This document shows positions 8,466-18,405 of a DNA stretch of 64,000 bases, piece by piece. Location of the stretch: positions 1 to 64,000 of the IMG/VR virus record IMGVR_UViG_3300014208_000036; one strand, 5' to 3'. How positions within the stretch are numbered: the stretch's first letter is position 1; every line of letters starts with the position of its first letter. Source of the stretch: a virus. Taxonomy: Duplodnaviria > Caudoviricetes. Both the position numbers and the translations under genes were made by a program. The notes below the pieces were generated by a model. That model saw nothing but the letters and a program-made list of their open reading frames with translations, did not search any database and was not told the DNA's origin.

Positions 8466-8783
8466 ATGGTTGAACTTAGGGAATACACCGGTCGCCCTGA
8501 ACTCCGTGAGCTCGTGTACGACTGGCCGATTCCGATCGAATTTCCGAAGTTACGGGCGGACATCAACAACGCCGCATCTGACGGGCAAGTGCGTGAGTTG
8601 ATCATCGCAAATTCTCCCGAACCTGGAACGCTTGTCGTCAGGAACATCTGGGCATTTAGGACGCTCATCGCCGTGAGGATGATGGGTGGTGGAGATCGCT
8701 GGTTCGGGATCGTTGTCTCGAGCACTCCGTCAACATCACAAGGAACGAGTGTTTGCCTCGTTGCCTGGGGGGTTTGTGAATGA
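8466..8783 (+). CDS. Paralogue 5
   Basis: EPGTLVVRNIW...FGIVVS...VAWG; 5' DNA nearly identical to member 4. Confidence 0.75.
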   Translation: MVELREYTGRPELRELVYDWPIPIEFPKLRADINNAASDGQVRELIIANSPEPGTLVVRNIWAFRTLIAVRMMGGGDRWFGIVVSSTPSTSQGTSVCLVAWGVCE

Positions 8784-9076
8784 GGCGCATCATGGAATAC
8801 GACGTTGAATATTTCCTGTTGAAGGTCGACGCCGCGCGATTCCTGCCCGTCGCTATCGCGGACGAAGCGCGCCTCCCGGTCCTGCCACGCAACGAATTGT
8901 TCATCGATTGGTGGCGTGACAACGTTCCTGATACAGGCGAGGCGGTCATTCGGGCATGGCAATGGCAATTTTGGGTCGAGGGTACATGGAGAAATTTGAA
9001 CAACACACCCCAAATTGGGATCGTTGTTGGAAAGTCGATCGATCCAAGGTTGACGCTCACGATCGCATGGATGTGA
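8780..9076 (+). CDS. Paralogue 6
   Basis: DTGEAVIRAW...IGIVVG...IAWM. Confidence 0.75.
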   Translation: MRRIMEYDVEYFLLKVDAARFLPVAIADEARLPVLPRNELFIDWWRDNVPDTGEAVIRAWQWQFWVEGTWRNLNNTPQIGIVVGKSIDPRLTLTIAWM

Positions 9077-9104
9077 ACCAGGCTGGTGGGTACATTACCA
9101 CACA

Positions 9105-9506
9105 ATGAAGGTTATCAGCATGATTTCTCAAGAGGTTAGAATTGTCACGATCGAATTGAAGACCGTGGGAATGAGCGAGGACCTGGATTCCCAGGATTAT
9201 TACCTATTTCCCATCAGGATCGTTGATTTTCGATCGGTCGAATTTAGCAGGAGACAACAAATTGTTGAATTGAGCAATAGGAGCGATAAATGGAGCCAAT
9301 TTGCCCGATCATTTCTTCCGTACGAGCCCGGGGATCTCGTTCAACCGTACTGGTTCACGTTTTACCCAGACAGTCGTATTCGTAACTCGCAGGAGCAGTA
9401 CGTCCTGGTCGACACCTTTGGAATGTTCAATGCGATCGGTGTCATCGTTGCTTCGAACGAACACGAGATCACCGTTGCAACGATCGGAGGTTGGGGATGG
9501 TCCTGA
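9105..9506 (+). CDS. Paralogue 7
   Basis: EPGDLVQPYW...IGVIVA. Confidence 0.75.
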   Translation: MKVISMISQEVRIVTIELKTVGMSEDLDSQDYYLFPIRIVDFRSVEFSRRQQIVELSNRSDKWSQFARSFLPYEPGDLVQPYWFTFYPDSRIRNSQEQYVLVDTFGMFNAIGVIVASNEHEITVATIGGWGWS

Positions 9507-9781
9507 TCAAGGTCAAAAGGTATGCGTCCGGGCGCTTCAATGTCGACAGCCTTCCGTTCGAATATCCGAACTTGATGTCACCCATCAAGGTCTTTCCAAC
9601 ACGGGAGGAGCTAACGCAGTGTGATCTGATCAATTTTTCGCCCGGTGACCTGGTCAAACCCGCGTGGTTTATCACCTCCGACGTTGCCATGGGTGATCAG
9701 GGCGCATTCGGTATCGTCGTTTCAGTTACGCGGGGATGCATTGTGTTCGTCATCAATGACACCTGGGCGGATGAAGCATGA
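9497..9781 (+). CDS. Paralogue 8
   Basis: SPGDLVKPAW...FGIVVS. Confidence 0.75.
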   Translation: MVLIKVKRYASGRFNVDSLPFEYPNLMSPIKVFPTREELTQCDLINFSPGDLVKPAWFITSDVAMGDQGAFGIVVSVTRGCIVFVINDTWADEA

Positions 9782-10056
9782 TCATCAGCTCCGTACCCAT
9801 CACGCGGCACGGTCTATGGGGGTTTCCACTTCGCATGATCCCGATGCGACCAGATGGATCTTCAATGCACGATCGTGAAAGGCTTCGTGCATCATGGCCG
9901 AACGTTGATGAGGTCGTCGAGTTCATAACCAATCTTAATCTTAACCCCGGCGATCTTGTCGTTGGCGTGTTCGAAGGAAATAAACTCGGCATCGTCGTGG
10001 CCATCGATGACGATCGGATCGTGCTTGCTACAACCTACAATTGGGGCAAACAATGA
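9778..10056 (+). CDS. Paralogue 9
   Basis: NPGDLVVG...LGIVVA. Confidence 0.75.
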   Translation: MIISSVPITRHGLWGFPLRMIPMRPDGSSMHDRERLRASWPNVDEVVEFITNLNLNPGDLVVGVFEGNKLGIVVAIDDDRIVLATTYNWGKQ

Positions 10057-10415
10057 TCATTGTTGATTACTACTGGAACCTGCACTTCGAGCCAGGCACG
10101 GTGCAATACCTCTACAAATTATCAACATTCAGTGGTCACGTACTTGTGAACACGAGTGAGCTGCCCATTCCGATGACGTGCGACGGGTCGATCAGCGATC
10201 TGACGAAATTCGTTATCAACCATAGATGGGTGCCTGGCGAGGTGTGCAGGCTGCGGTGGGTTGATTATAACATGTACATGGAACCGGAACAACGATTGAT
10301 GATGTTTGCTGTGTATGGGCCCATTGGTGTTGTTACCTCGTTCCTGAAACAGGATGTCGCAATGCGTCTGACGATCGCATGGGCAGGGACTCCGGAGGAT
10401 CTTCGTCCAAAATGA
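10053..10415 (+). CDS. Paralogue 10
   Basis: VPGEVCRLRW...IGVVTS...IAWA. Confidence 0.75.
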   Translation: MIIVDYYWNLHFEPGTVQYLYKLSTFSGHVLVNTSELPIPMTCDGSISDLTKFVINHRWVPGEVCRLRWVDYNMYMEPEQRLMMFAVYGPIGVVTSFLKQDVAMRLTIAWAGTPEDLRPK

Positions 10416-10699
10416 TCGAAATTTTCACAATCAATCGCTCAGTGAGTGGATCGGAATTATCGTGTACAAATCAGTCAAATCGATTGATCGATAGATCACG
10501 TTGGCCCGTTCCCATGTGTTTAGCGTATGATGAATTTCATTTCAAGCTGCGGCACAGGCGTTGGGTGCCTGGTCAGCTCGTGAGAAGGCGAAGCGATGAC
10601 TATCCCATCCTGAACGATGAGGATCCGTTTGAACCGTATGGGTTTGTTGCATCGGTCGTTGATGATCAGTTGATAATATTTTGGGGATATCAACGATGA
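10412..10699 (+). CDS. Paralogue 11
   Basis: VPGQLVRRR...YGFVAS...IFWG. Confidence 0.75.
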   Translation: MIEIFTINRSVSGSELSCTNQSNRLIDRSRWPVPMCLAYDEFHFKLRHRRWVPGQLVRRRSDDYPILNDEDPFEPYGFVASVVDDQLIIFWGYQR

Positions 10700-10721
10700 G
10701 CATCGAGGTTCGTCATTACGT

Positions 10722-11045
10722 ATGCGGATTAAAAATCCCGACAAATTTGCAAATTTAAAGCTTTCCGCCGAACACCACCTTAGGTTGATACCTGCACCCG
10801 GCACGACGAAGAAGGAGAGGTCAGTAGCATCGAGAAATTTGAACGTTGATAAGTTAATCCCTGGGGTGCTTGTTGAGCCCATCTGGTTCATCTATTACCT
10901 TGATGTTTTGGCAGCAAACAATCAACACGGTGAAACTATCGGCAATTTTTACAGGTTCGTTGTTCCTGTCGGTTTCGTTGCCTCACGACACGGAAATGAC
11001 GTCGTGGTCGTTTGGTCATCGGATCCAACGGAGAGGTTCATGTGA
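10722..11045 (+). CDS. Paralogue 12
   Basis: IPGVLVEPIW...VGFVAS...VVWS. Confidence 0.75.
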   Translation: MRIKNPDKFANLKLSAEHHLRLIPAPGTTKKERSVASRNLNVDKLIPGVLVEPIWFIYYLDVLAANNQHGETIGNFYRFVVPVGFVASRHGNDVVVVWSSDPTERFM

Positions 11046-11371
11046 TATCGTTTGCGTTCGAAAATAGTAGGTATTTTAATTCACGCCTGGCAATTCCTTG
11101 TTTCGATCACAACCTGAACATTTTCAGATTCTTTCGGTGCTCCACGAGCGATCTCATTGTCGGATCGATCGTTTTTGATCAGGCCTATTTCAGGGCAATT
11201 CCTATCGAGGGAAAACACCCATGCGGACGAAGTTACTATGAAAATTACGAATTGGTGTTGAGAGGGGATCAATTCAGAACAACGATGTTTGGTATCATCG
11301 TATCGTATTCTAACACCGATGGTCCAGTGGTTGTCTGGCTGATCAATAGGAATGATACCGATGAACATTAA
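11042..11371 (+). CDS. Paralogue 13
   Basis: IVGSIVFD...FGIIVS...VVWL. Confidence 0.7.
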   Translation: MISFAFENSRYFNSRLAIPCFDHNLNIFRFFRCSTSDLIVGSIVFDQAYFRAIPIEGKHPCGRSYYENYELVLRGDQFRTTMFGIIVSYSNTDGPVVVWLINRNDTDEH

Positions 11372-11678
11372 CGTCACCTGTTACAGTCGACTGGAGATCA
11401 CCGATGAGTTGGGACCTCGGTATTTGGATGGAAGATCGATCGGTATCGCCGATAATGATGCACCCGGTACGCTTGTCACGCCTTCGGCGATGAGTTTATC
11501 ATCATGGCCGGAGGAACGTTGCATGGTTTACGTAAAAAGTAAAAAGTTGGGTGTGATCAACGCTAATGGTGGAAGGCTTAACGCATGGCAAACTATGAAT
11601 TTTGTACCCGTGGGTATCGTTGTGTCCATGAATGACACCTGCATGTACGTCGTTTGGACGACGGATAATGAACGATGA
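11352..11678 (+). CDS. Paralogue 14
   Basis: APGTLVTP...VGIVVS...VVWT. Confidence 0.75.
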   Translation: MIPMNINVTCYSRLEITDELGPRYLDGRSIGIADNDAPGTLVTPSAMSLSSWPEERCMVYVKSKKLGVINANGGRLNAWQTMNFVPVGIVVSMNDTCMYVVWTTDNER

Positions 11679-11911
11679 AATTGTTCCATTTTGAAACCTG
11701 GGATGTAAGCAGGTATCGTCACCCAGGTGTCTGTCTGTTGGTTGGTGAGGAAGAAATGTCGATCGGATCCTTATTGGTTCCACGCCCACCTTTTTCCTCA
11801 TACGCGATCGTATCACCGCCTGGTTCGAGTCTCATACACAACGCACACCTTATGTTGGTGGTCGCGAATGGTGATGGAAGGGCACACGTTTTAATGTGCA
11901 TCACCAGGTGA
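11675..11911 (+). CDS. Paralogue 15 (divergent)
   Basis: SIGSLLVPRP...LMLVVA. Confidence 0.55.
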   Translation: MKLFHFETWDVSRYRHPGVCLLVGEEEMSIGSLLVPRPPFSSYAIVSPPGSSLIHNAHLMLVVANGDGRAHVLMCITR

Positions 11912-11990
11912 TGAGTTAACGACGGCAATTTATCAAATATTTTGATGTCATCGGTGTCAAATGACGGACGGTCGTTGTACGGTTCGATGC

Positions 11991-12206
11991 ATGGCAGATT
12001 TGTACGTGCTGAGAACGTTTTACTTTGAACTGTTAAAGGGAAATGTTTGGAAAAAGACCGTTGAACTTGAAATGATTCATGCTTCCACAAGAGGCGCACA
12101 TATCGCCCATGTTGCGATAGATGAATTCAAGGCCAATGCACGAAGGCTTAACAGGAAAATTCGTAACGTTCGCGTTGAATTTAAGACGATGAAAAGAAAG
12201 CATTGA
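11991..12206 (+). CDS. Hypothetical basic protein
   Basis: Coupled to the next ORF. Confidence 0.6.
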   Translation: MADLYVLRTFYFELLKGNVWKKTVELEMIHASTRGAHIAHVAIDEFKANARRLNRKIRNVRVEFKTMKRKH

Positions 12207-12658
12207 ACATGAGCGATTTTGAAAAATTGGTTGGAAAAAAGGTCGAATCGATCATGATCAGTTCGACTTCAACGTCATTGTTGTTCTCTTGTGACGATGG
12301 GAAAATGATGCTGTTCGAGGCCGAGGGCGATTGTTGCTCGGCATCATGGTTCGCTGACATAATCAATCCGTCGTGCCTTCTCGGCCGGGTCATCACCGGT
12401 GTAAGTGACATCTCGATGAACGATGTTGTTCGTGATCTATCAAGGCTCAGAGCGCACATCGTCACAGATGATAACAGAACTGTCCATGATGTCCTGCAAT
12501 ACTGTGCGAACAGGCTGTTCACGGACGCCGGTTACTGCGATATCATCTACAGGAATGATTCTAACGGTTACTACGGCGGGTTCGTGCGCTCACCTGAAGA
12601 ATTTGAAGGAATTGATACAACACATTGGAAGCAAATTTACGACGATTGGAGCGCTTGA
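12203..12658 (+). CDS. Conserved phage hypothetical protein (GDCC...SNGYYGG type)
   Basis: EGDCCSASW and RNDSNGYYGG motifs typical of a widespread phage family. Confidence 0.7.
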   Translation: MNMSDFEKLVGKKVESIMISSTSTSLLFSCDDGKMMLFEAEGDCCSASWFADIINPSCLLGRVITGVSDISMNDVVRDLSRLRAHIVTDDNRTVHDVLQYCANRLFTDAGYCDIIYRNDSNGYYGGFVRSPEEFEGIDTTHWKQIYDDWSA

Positions 12659-12666
12659 AATTGAAT

Positions 12667-12999
12667 ATGAATAACACCGGCGGCGTCTACATCTACCTCA
12701 TCATGAAGGATGATGCATTTCACCGCGTTGATGCACCATTGCACGATAGGATCACAGCCTGCAGCGCATTCATGAACCTCGAGGCTGCCGAGGCGGAGGT
12801 TAAGCGTCTGAATGATTTGTGTCGTGAGAGCGTCAGGTATTACCTGAAAACGTCCTGGCTTTTTACTTCGGACAATTCAGCACATGAGCAGGAAATCGAA
12901 GAATTCAATGAATATCCCATCGAACACCGTGAAATATACAAACGATTGAACACCGTGATAACGTGGGTGAACAAACAAATCAGGTTAGGAAGGAAATAA
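12667..12999 (+). CDS. Hypothetical protein
   Basis: Contiguous + strand ORF. Confidence 0.6.
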   Translation: MNNTGGVYIYLIMKDDAFHRVDAPLHDRITACSAFMNLEAAEAEVKRLNDLCRESVRYYLKTSWLFTSDNSAHEQEIEEFNEYPIEHREIYKRLNTVITWVNKQIRLGRK

Positions 13000-13211
13000 T
13001 GGCGGCTAATTTTTACGGCGTTAAGTTAACCAACGGGATTGAAGAGTCGACAATCGACATTCGAATCGAGGATGCGATGAAAATCGTTCCTGGCGATCGG
13101 TTGCTTGATTCCAGCATCCATGAAAATCGTTTCCGTGATTGCATCATCAAACGTCGGGTGATACGGATGAAAGGTTCACAAATTTTGGAAGTTACATTTT
13201 ATGTCGATTGA
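12999..13211 (+). CDS. Hypothetical protein
   Basis: SD AGGA; overlaps the next gene. Confidence 0.6.
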   Translation: MAANFYGVKLTNGIEESTIDIRIEDAMKIVPGDRLLDSSIHENRFRDCIIKRRVIRMKGSQILEVTFYVD

Positions 13212-13758
13212 AATTTACGTTAGCACGGACATTGAAACGGGTGGCCCGATTCCTGGACCAAATTCGATGCTATCATTTGGATCAGCAGCCTTTACGTTAG
13301 CTGGTCAGGTTGGACACTTCTCGGCCAACCTGCACGAACTACCGGATTCAGTGATCGACCCGGTCACCAAACGAGAATTCTGGGATAAAAATCCTGAAGC
13401 TTGGGCCGAGTGTCGAAAGGATCTTCAGAACCCAAAGGAGGTGATGGAGAATTACGTGGGTTGGCTCAACAACCTACCTGGAAAACCGGTCTTCGTGGGG
13501 TACCCAGCGTCATTTGATTTCATGTTTGTTTATTGGTATTTGATCAAATTTACGGGTCAATCACCATTTTCGTTCTCGGCGTTGGACATAAAATCGTATA
13601 CAATGGCAGTCCTCAAGACGGAATTTAGGGAAACAACGAAGAAGCGTATGCCCAAACGATGGTTTCCCAAATCAAAGCATTCGCATGTTGCCATTGAGGA
13701 TGCGATTGAACAGGGCGAGTTGTTCATGAACATTTTGAAGGAAAATGAACGATGGTGA
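13201..13758 (+). CDS. DEDDh 3'-5' exonuclease (Rv2179c/RNase AS-like)
   Basis: STDIETGG (Exo I), ASFDF (Exo II), HVAIEDA (Exo III). Confidence 0.85.
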   Translation: MSIEIYVSTDIETGGPIPGPNSMLSFGSAAFTLAGQVGHFSANLHELPDSVIDPVTKREFWDKNPEAWAECRKDLQNPKEVMENYVGWLNNLPGKPVFVGYPASFDFMFVYWYLIKFTGQSPFSFSALDIKSYTMAVLKTEFRETTKKRMPKRWFPKSKHSHVAIEDAIEQGELFMNILKENERW

Positions 13759-13835
13759 TCATTTTCTTTTTGACAAGCGTTGCATTGATCGTCATGATTG
13801 ATCATACCGCAAACATCGGGAGGAAAGGACGTTGA

Positions 13836-14105
13836 GTGTTGATGATTAAACCCATGATGATGTCAGTTGATAACCACCATTATGGAATCGATGATTACGA
13901 TCCACTCGACTGGCGCAATGGACCCTCAATTGGTCGTCGAGACGATGAATTCAAGGTTTCAATTGAATTAGCTTGCGATCAAGAAGGTCTTGTTGAACTT
14001 CATCAGTTGTTCCTAGAATGGCGCGAGCGTCATGATAATAATCATACGTCACGTGCAATAATGATCGACGATGGCGTTAGAAAATTTGAAGGGAGAAAAT
14101 TTTAA
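13836..14105 (+). CDS. Hypothetical protein
   Basis: ORF with upstream GGAGG. Confidence 0.5.
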   Translation: MLMIKPMMMSVDNHHYGIDDYDPLDWRNGPSIGRRDDEFKVSIELACDQEGLVELHQLFLEWRERHDNNHTSRAIMIDDGVRKFEGRKF

Positions 14106-14629
14106 TGACACCAATGAGAAATGGACGAGAGGGCGACGGTCCCCCATCACCGAGCGTTTATTCATCAGGAAATAATAATGAAATTAAGGGTTTTCAACGA
14201 GTGATTGAAAATGATCAAAAATCATCAAGTATCATCTCGACAAATTGTTTAAGCGATGACGATGATCTTGGTCCGTACGAAGATCTCAATAGGGCTCAAG
14301 CTCATAACAAAATTCTTCAAGGACAATTATCAAATCTATCGGCTGAATGTGATGCCTGGCAGAGCCAGGCGCAACGATTCATGAAAGAACGTGATTCGGC
14401 AAGGTTGTTACTTTACGAAGTTACTTCCGACGGTCAGATCACGCTTGACTCTCTGTTGGATGCAAAATGGCAAATTCGTGAATTGTTATCAGTTGTTCGA
14501 GCCGCAGTTTCGTGGCGAGAGTTTCGGAAATGTTCAAGCCATGAAATTGAGGTAGCTCAACGCGATCATTTGAAGGATGTCGTCGATGCACTTCATCCGG
14601 ATGCTCTGGAGGAACCGAACGATGGGTGA
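14105..14629 (+). CDS. Hypothetical coiled-coil protein
   Basis: Contiguous ORF. Confidence 0.6.
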   Translation: MTPMRNGREGDGPPSPSVYSSGNNNEIKGFQRVIENDQKSSSIISTNCLSDDDDLGPYEDLNRAQAHNKILQGQLSNLSAECDAWQSQAQRFMKERDSARLLLYEVTSDGQITLDSLLDAKWQIRELLSVVRAAVSWREFRKCSSHEIEVAQRDHLKDVVDALHPDALEEPNDG

Positions 14630-15179
14630 TGAGAGAAGATTTCCGCTGCTTCGTGATTGGCGCCGGAACCGCGATGAGTCGATCCAATCAGTGCCCTGGG
14701 CGATGCTCGAGCCACACGAGGATCAGGCCCAACGGAACCATGGGCAATCGCTTGAAAGACTTGCTGAACGAGGCGGTCTCGGTGTCTGCGAGATGTTGTT
14801 CATCCTCGACAACAAACCACTCAACTTTGCCCTGGGCTCGATGACCGACACACCAGAAAAGGTGGCCGAGCTAAAACGTAGGGTTGAGTCGTTCGAAGCG
14901 GCTTCTTCAACTACGAAGTCATCGTTAAATGACCCACGAGATGCCCGCATCGATGCCCTCGAGGCCGCGCTACGCGGGTTGGTGGATGCGTTGCCGAGGT
15001 GCTTGGTCACTGCATGTTCTGCGCCTGCGACGATGGGTGATAGGGCGGACTCGATGGATGGATATTGCGAGGATTGTTTCGAGGACGGCAACGTTCCATT
15101 GCCGTGGCGTGATCAGGTGCTTGCGGCAATGACGTTAACAACACGTCGATGTGAAAGGAAATTGAATGATGAAAAATAA
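14622..15179 (+). CDS. Hypothetical protein (NHGQSLERLAERGGL motif, C-terminal CxxxxC...CxxC)
   Basis: SD GGAGG before ATG 14622. Confidence 0.7.
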   Translation: MGDERRFPLLRDWRRNRDESIQSVPWAMLEPHEDQAQRNHGQSLERLAERGGLGVCEMLFILDNKPLNFALGSMTDTPEKVAELKRRVESFEAASSTTKSSLNDPRDARIDALEAALRGLVDALPRCLVTACSAPATMGDRADSMDGYCEDCFEDGNVPLPWRDQVLAAMTLTTRRCERKLNDEK

Positions 15180-15408
15180 ATCGACGTTGGATGACATCCG
15201 CATCGTCGAGGGCATCTCTGGATTGTGGCATTATCACATCACAAACGACAGTGATGCTCGTGCAATGTGTGGGGCGTGGACCATGTCGACGTCGATCCCG
15301 TTGAGCAGGTGGCGTGTGCCATTCGGCGCTCACTTTCCGAAACGCCCAACCTGGTGCCAGGAGTGCGAAGAAAAATTGAAGGAACACGAGCTCCGCGGGA
15401 ATCATTGA
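15166..15408 (+). CDS. Small Cys/His protein
   Basis: WHYH...MCG...WCQEC. Confidence 0.65.
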   Translation: MMKNKSTLDDIRIVEGISGLWHYHITNDSDARAMCGAWTMSTSIPLSRWRVPFGAHFPKRPTWCQECEEKLKEHELRGNH

Positions 15409-15412
15409 ATTT

Positions 15413-15709
15413 ATGGGTTCAAACGACTACAGAATGTTTAGATTTGACCTTTCACTTAAGGCTGATCGTGAAAAATCAATCAAGGTTGAGCTTTCTAACA
15501 TCAGTGCCTGGCTTCCAAAATCACAAATTCAAATTTTGACGATCAAGTCAGGCATGATCACGGTTGATATACCGTACTGGCTCGCGACGGAAAGAGGATT
15601 CAATTGCGATCCAGATCATGAGGTTATTGGTGGAGGCACGGCAAAAGAATGGAGAGACGTTGGTGAGGACCCTTATGAATCTTGGGGATATGATGAAGGT
15701 GAATTTTGA
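15413..15709 (+). CDS. Hypothetical protein (WLPKSQI...IPYWLA motif)
   Basis: Small beta-barrel-like phage family motif. Confidence 0.65.
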   Translation: MGSNDYRMFRFDLSLKADREKSIKVELSNISAWLPKSQIQILTIKSGMITVDIPYWLATERGFNCDPDHEVIGGGTAKEWRDVGEDPYESWGYDEGEF

Positions 15710-15727
15710 CCACGATTGTTATGATGT

Positions 15728-16240
15728 ATGAAAATTCCTTCAAGAATAAAACGTGAAAAATTACGTGAGGTGATTCATTCAGCGACGCCCGGACCTTGGC
15801 ACGATAGTTTTTGTCATTGGGGGTCGTCAGGAATTTACAGCAAAAATGAAGCAATTCCTCCTGAACAACGTACGACGCGGTCGAGCCTCGCTGGAGGTGG
15901 CGATTTCAAACGTATCGTAAGTGATACATTGGAACCCGATGATGCTTCCGCAATCGTCGCAGCGATCAATGAATTACCGACGATTCTGAATGCATTGGAT
16001 ATCGTGGAAAATGACCGTCTGTTGCTAGCACGAGCATTATTGCTCGCCGCAGAACGATTCGATTGTGGTGACAATTCGTGCGTGTTCAAGGCAAACGGGA
16101 AAGGTGGGATGCGGACGAACGGCGGCTGCCGATGCATGGGAAAAGGTTCAACGAATGAGAAGTTGGAGATCGTTAATCTCGCCATGAGAATTGTTAAAGA
16201 AGTGGATGATGAAATAGATGAACGTCTAACGAAATTATAA
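15728..16240 (+). CDS. Hypothetical protein (ATPGPW, Ead/Ea22-like N-terminus; CGDNSC...TNGGCRC C-terminus)
   Basis: Motifs seen in the translation. Confidence 0.65.
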   Translation: MKIPSRIKREKLREVIHSATPGPWHDSFCHWGSSGIYSKNEAIPPEQRTTRSSLAGGGDFKRIVSDTLEPDDASAIVAAINELPTILNALDIVENDRLLLARALLLAAERFDCGDNSCVFKANGKGGMRTNGGCRCMGKGSTNEKLEIVNLAMRIVKEVDDEIDERLTKL

Positions 16241-16246
16241 CGCGTC

Positions 16247-16474
16247 ATGGCAAAGAAAAAATTCATTGAACTTCGCAAAAAAATTGATGCTTCACGGCGT
16301 GAGAAATCACGTGATCTTGCTGAACTTATTTTGCGTCGTGATGATCTTGTGACCTCTACAGGTTATACTGTCGATGAAGTTCGAAGTAAGTTGAAAAATG
16401 GTGAAATAACTGAAACGGTTCAAATTTGCAATTTATTGATGATCGATTCATTGGTGAAGCTTTATGAAAAATGA
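16247..16474 (+). CDS. Hypothetical protein
   Basis: Contiguous ORF. Confidence 0.6.
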   Translation: MAKKKFIELRKKIDASRREKSRDLAELILRRDDLVTSTGYTVDEVRSKLKNGEITETVQICNLLMIDSLVKLYEK

Positions 16475-16536
16475 ATAATTGATGCCGTTGGTGTGAAATT
16501 GACACCCAATAAATGATATTCTGAGTATGGAGAACC

Positions 16537-17124
16537 ATGAATCTTCCTATCAAGAAAATTCTCAGGACGGTCGGATGCCTCGGTGCCATCATTTCGGGTG
16601 CATTGTTTGAGGGTGGATGCCTTGGGCTCGAGGAGGGCGAAACCGTCTATTACATGGTCGACGATCCGGAGCATGTTCTCGATGAACAGGATCATGATGC
16701 AATTCGTGATGCATTCGACATCTGGTCCGAAGGGATCGGATCGGATCGGATTACGTTCAAGCAAACGAATCAAAAGGGTCCGGATGTTCTGATCGTGATT
16801 AGAACAGTTACGTTGCACGAACTCCTGACCGAACATGATGGTCGTATCGGAGAAACAACGCTTGATCCGTGGGCTCGAGGTGGTGGAGTTCTCGCACCGA
16901 ATGATGTCAATCATGAATTGATGAAACACGTTGTTGCTCACGAAATTGGGCATGCCCTCGGATGTTCGCACCTGGAATTTGGTGACTTGATGGCTGAAAT
17001 GGTCGACACTCGTGATCCTGTCATTCACCTGACGTGTGCTGATGCGATGGAATATTGTCGTGTGAATGATTGTGGTTACGATGGACCGCTCCCCGCATGT
17101 GAAAGTGATTTGAATGAGGATTGA
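16537..17124 (+). CDS. Matrixin-like (M10-type) zinc metallopeptidase, probably exported/lipoprotein
   Basis: HEIGHALGCSH zinc motif followed by Met-turn (DLM); N-terminal hydrophobic segment; promoter at 16493. Confidence 0.85.
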   Translation: MNLPIKKILRTVGCLGAIISGALFEGGCLGLEEGETVYYMVDDPEHVLDEQDHDAIRDAFDIWSEGIGSDRITFKQTNQKGPDVLIVIRTVTLHELLTEHDGRIGETTLDPWARGGGVLAPNDVNHELMKHVVAHEIGHALGCSHLEFGDLMAEMVDTRDPVIHLTCADAMEYCRVNDCGYDGPLPACESDLNED

Positions 17125-17389
17125 TACCGTTGCGTGGTTGTCGTTAAGGCCGATAATCGATCAATTATCGTCATCAGGACCATTTGAGATCAATCCGCAA
17201 TTGATCATTTCGTTGCATAACGTTGGTTACGACGTCGCAATAACCAGGATCATGATTCCAGAGAAGGGCGTGAAGGTTGTGTTACTTGTCACCGATGAAG
17301 GTGGAATAGCAACGACCTCACGTGTGAAAACGATCAGACGAAAATCATCAAAAACGTTGAAAAAAATTCAAACAACGCAGGAAACGTAG
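17114..17389 (+). CDS. Hypothetical protein
   Basis: Contiguous ORF. Confidence 0.6.
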   Translation: MRIDTVAWLSLRPIIDQLSSSGPFEINPQLIISLHNVGYDVAITRIMIPEKGVKVVLLVTDEGGIATTSRVKTIRRKSSKTLKKIQTTQET

Positions 17390-17755
17390 ATGAAGCCCTA
17401 TCAGCACGCAAAAAATTCCGCACGAAAATGGGGTGGCAATCCTGAGGATTACCAGGCCGTCCATGATTTTTTCGATTCCTCGAAGGCATCGCTCGCTGAC
17501 ATGAGACATCGAGCGTTGTTGCACTCTTCGTTCGGAATTTTCCTCGTGGAAAGAGTTTTCGGCACCACGATCACAAATTCCGAAGGTCGGAAGATTTCGG
17601 TGCGTGATATTGGCGAGGATCATGTCATCGAGGATCTTGGCTTTATTCCAACCGTTGAAAAATGGTTGAGAAATATGAACGAGGAACCATGGATGGCTGG
17701 TTACGAACGTGGTTCAAGTAAAGATAAAACGAAAAAATTCATCCCAATTGATTGA
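17390..17755 (+). CDS. Conserved phage protein (DUF6915-like)
   Basis: HAKNSARKWGG...HDFFDSSK...RHRALLHSSFGIF...HVIEDLG. Confidence 0.75.
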   Translation: MKPYQHAKNSARKWGGNPEDYQAVHDFFDSSKASLADMRHRALLHSSFGIFLVERVFGTTITNSEGRKISVRDIGEDHVIEDLGFIPTVEKWLRNMNEEPWMAGYERGSSKDKTKKFIPID

Positions 17756-17767
17756 AAGGAAAAGAAA

Positions 17768-18241
17768 ATGGATAAAAACGCCGCCGCAATGACGAAGATT
17801 GAAGAACTCATCGCACTGAAGAAAAGGTACGAAAATGAGCTGAAAATGAACTCTCAAGCTGCGATGAACGAGGTTTTCAAGAAATTTTTTGATGATAACC
17901 CAAACGTTCTAGCATTTTACTGGACGCAGTACACGCCGTACTTCAACGATGGCGAGGCTTGTGAATTCTCCGTGGGTGAATTCATGTTTTCGACCGTTGA
18001 TAATTTGGACGTCGATGTTGATGAAGAGATCGACGATATGAATTTCCACAGCACGTACGCACCCAAGGTTTCAAAAAACAAGGATGTTCAGGCGTTGGCT
18101 GCGACGGCTGAGAATATATCAAAATTCGAGCGATACATTAAAACCGCGGGGGATGATATCTTCCTTGCGTGCTTTGGTGATCACGCTCGTGTAATTGCGA
18201 CCAGGGAAGGATTTTCAGTGGATGAGTGTGAGCATGACTGA
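17768..18241 (+). CDS. Conserved partner of the DUF6915-like gene
   Basis: WTQYTPYFNDGEACEFSV motif. Confidence 0.7.
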   Translation: MDKNAAAMTKIEELIALKKRYENELKMNSQAAMNEVFKKFFDDNPNVLAFYWTQYTPYFNDGEACEFSVGEFMFSTVDNLDVDVDEEIDDMNFHSTYAPKVSKNKDVQALAATAENISKFERYIKTAGDDIFLACFGDHARVIATREGFSVDECEHD

Positions 18242-18401
18242 TCAACGTAAACGACGAAAAATTCGTCATGAAAAATCATCCCTTGAAAAGGACGCTCAAC
18301 GCATGATCCGTGCATTGCATCGTCTTCGCATCGTGGGTATCTCTCGCGGCGAAGCGAAGCGTCTTTGCGTCATTCAACGTGACGTTCGAGCGCCTACTTA
18401 G
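18234..18401 (+). CDS. Small basic protein
   Basis: MTDQRKRRK... Confidence 0.5.
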   Translation: MTDQRKRRKIRHEKSSLEKDAQRMIRALHRLRIVGISRGEAKRLCVIQRDVRAPT

Positions 18402-18405
18402 ATAA

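Noticed and set aside
7061-11911. Diversity-generating retroelement behind the paralogues
   Set aside because: No reverse transcriptase and no near-identical TR/VR pair differing at adenines.
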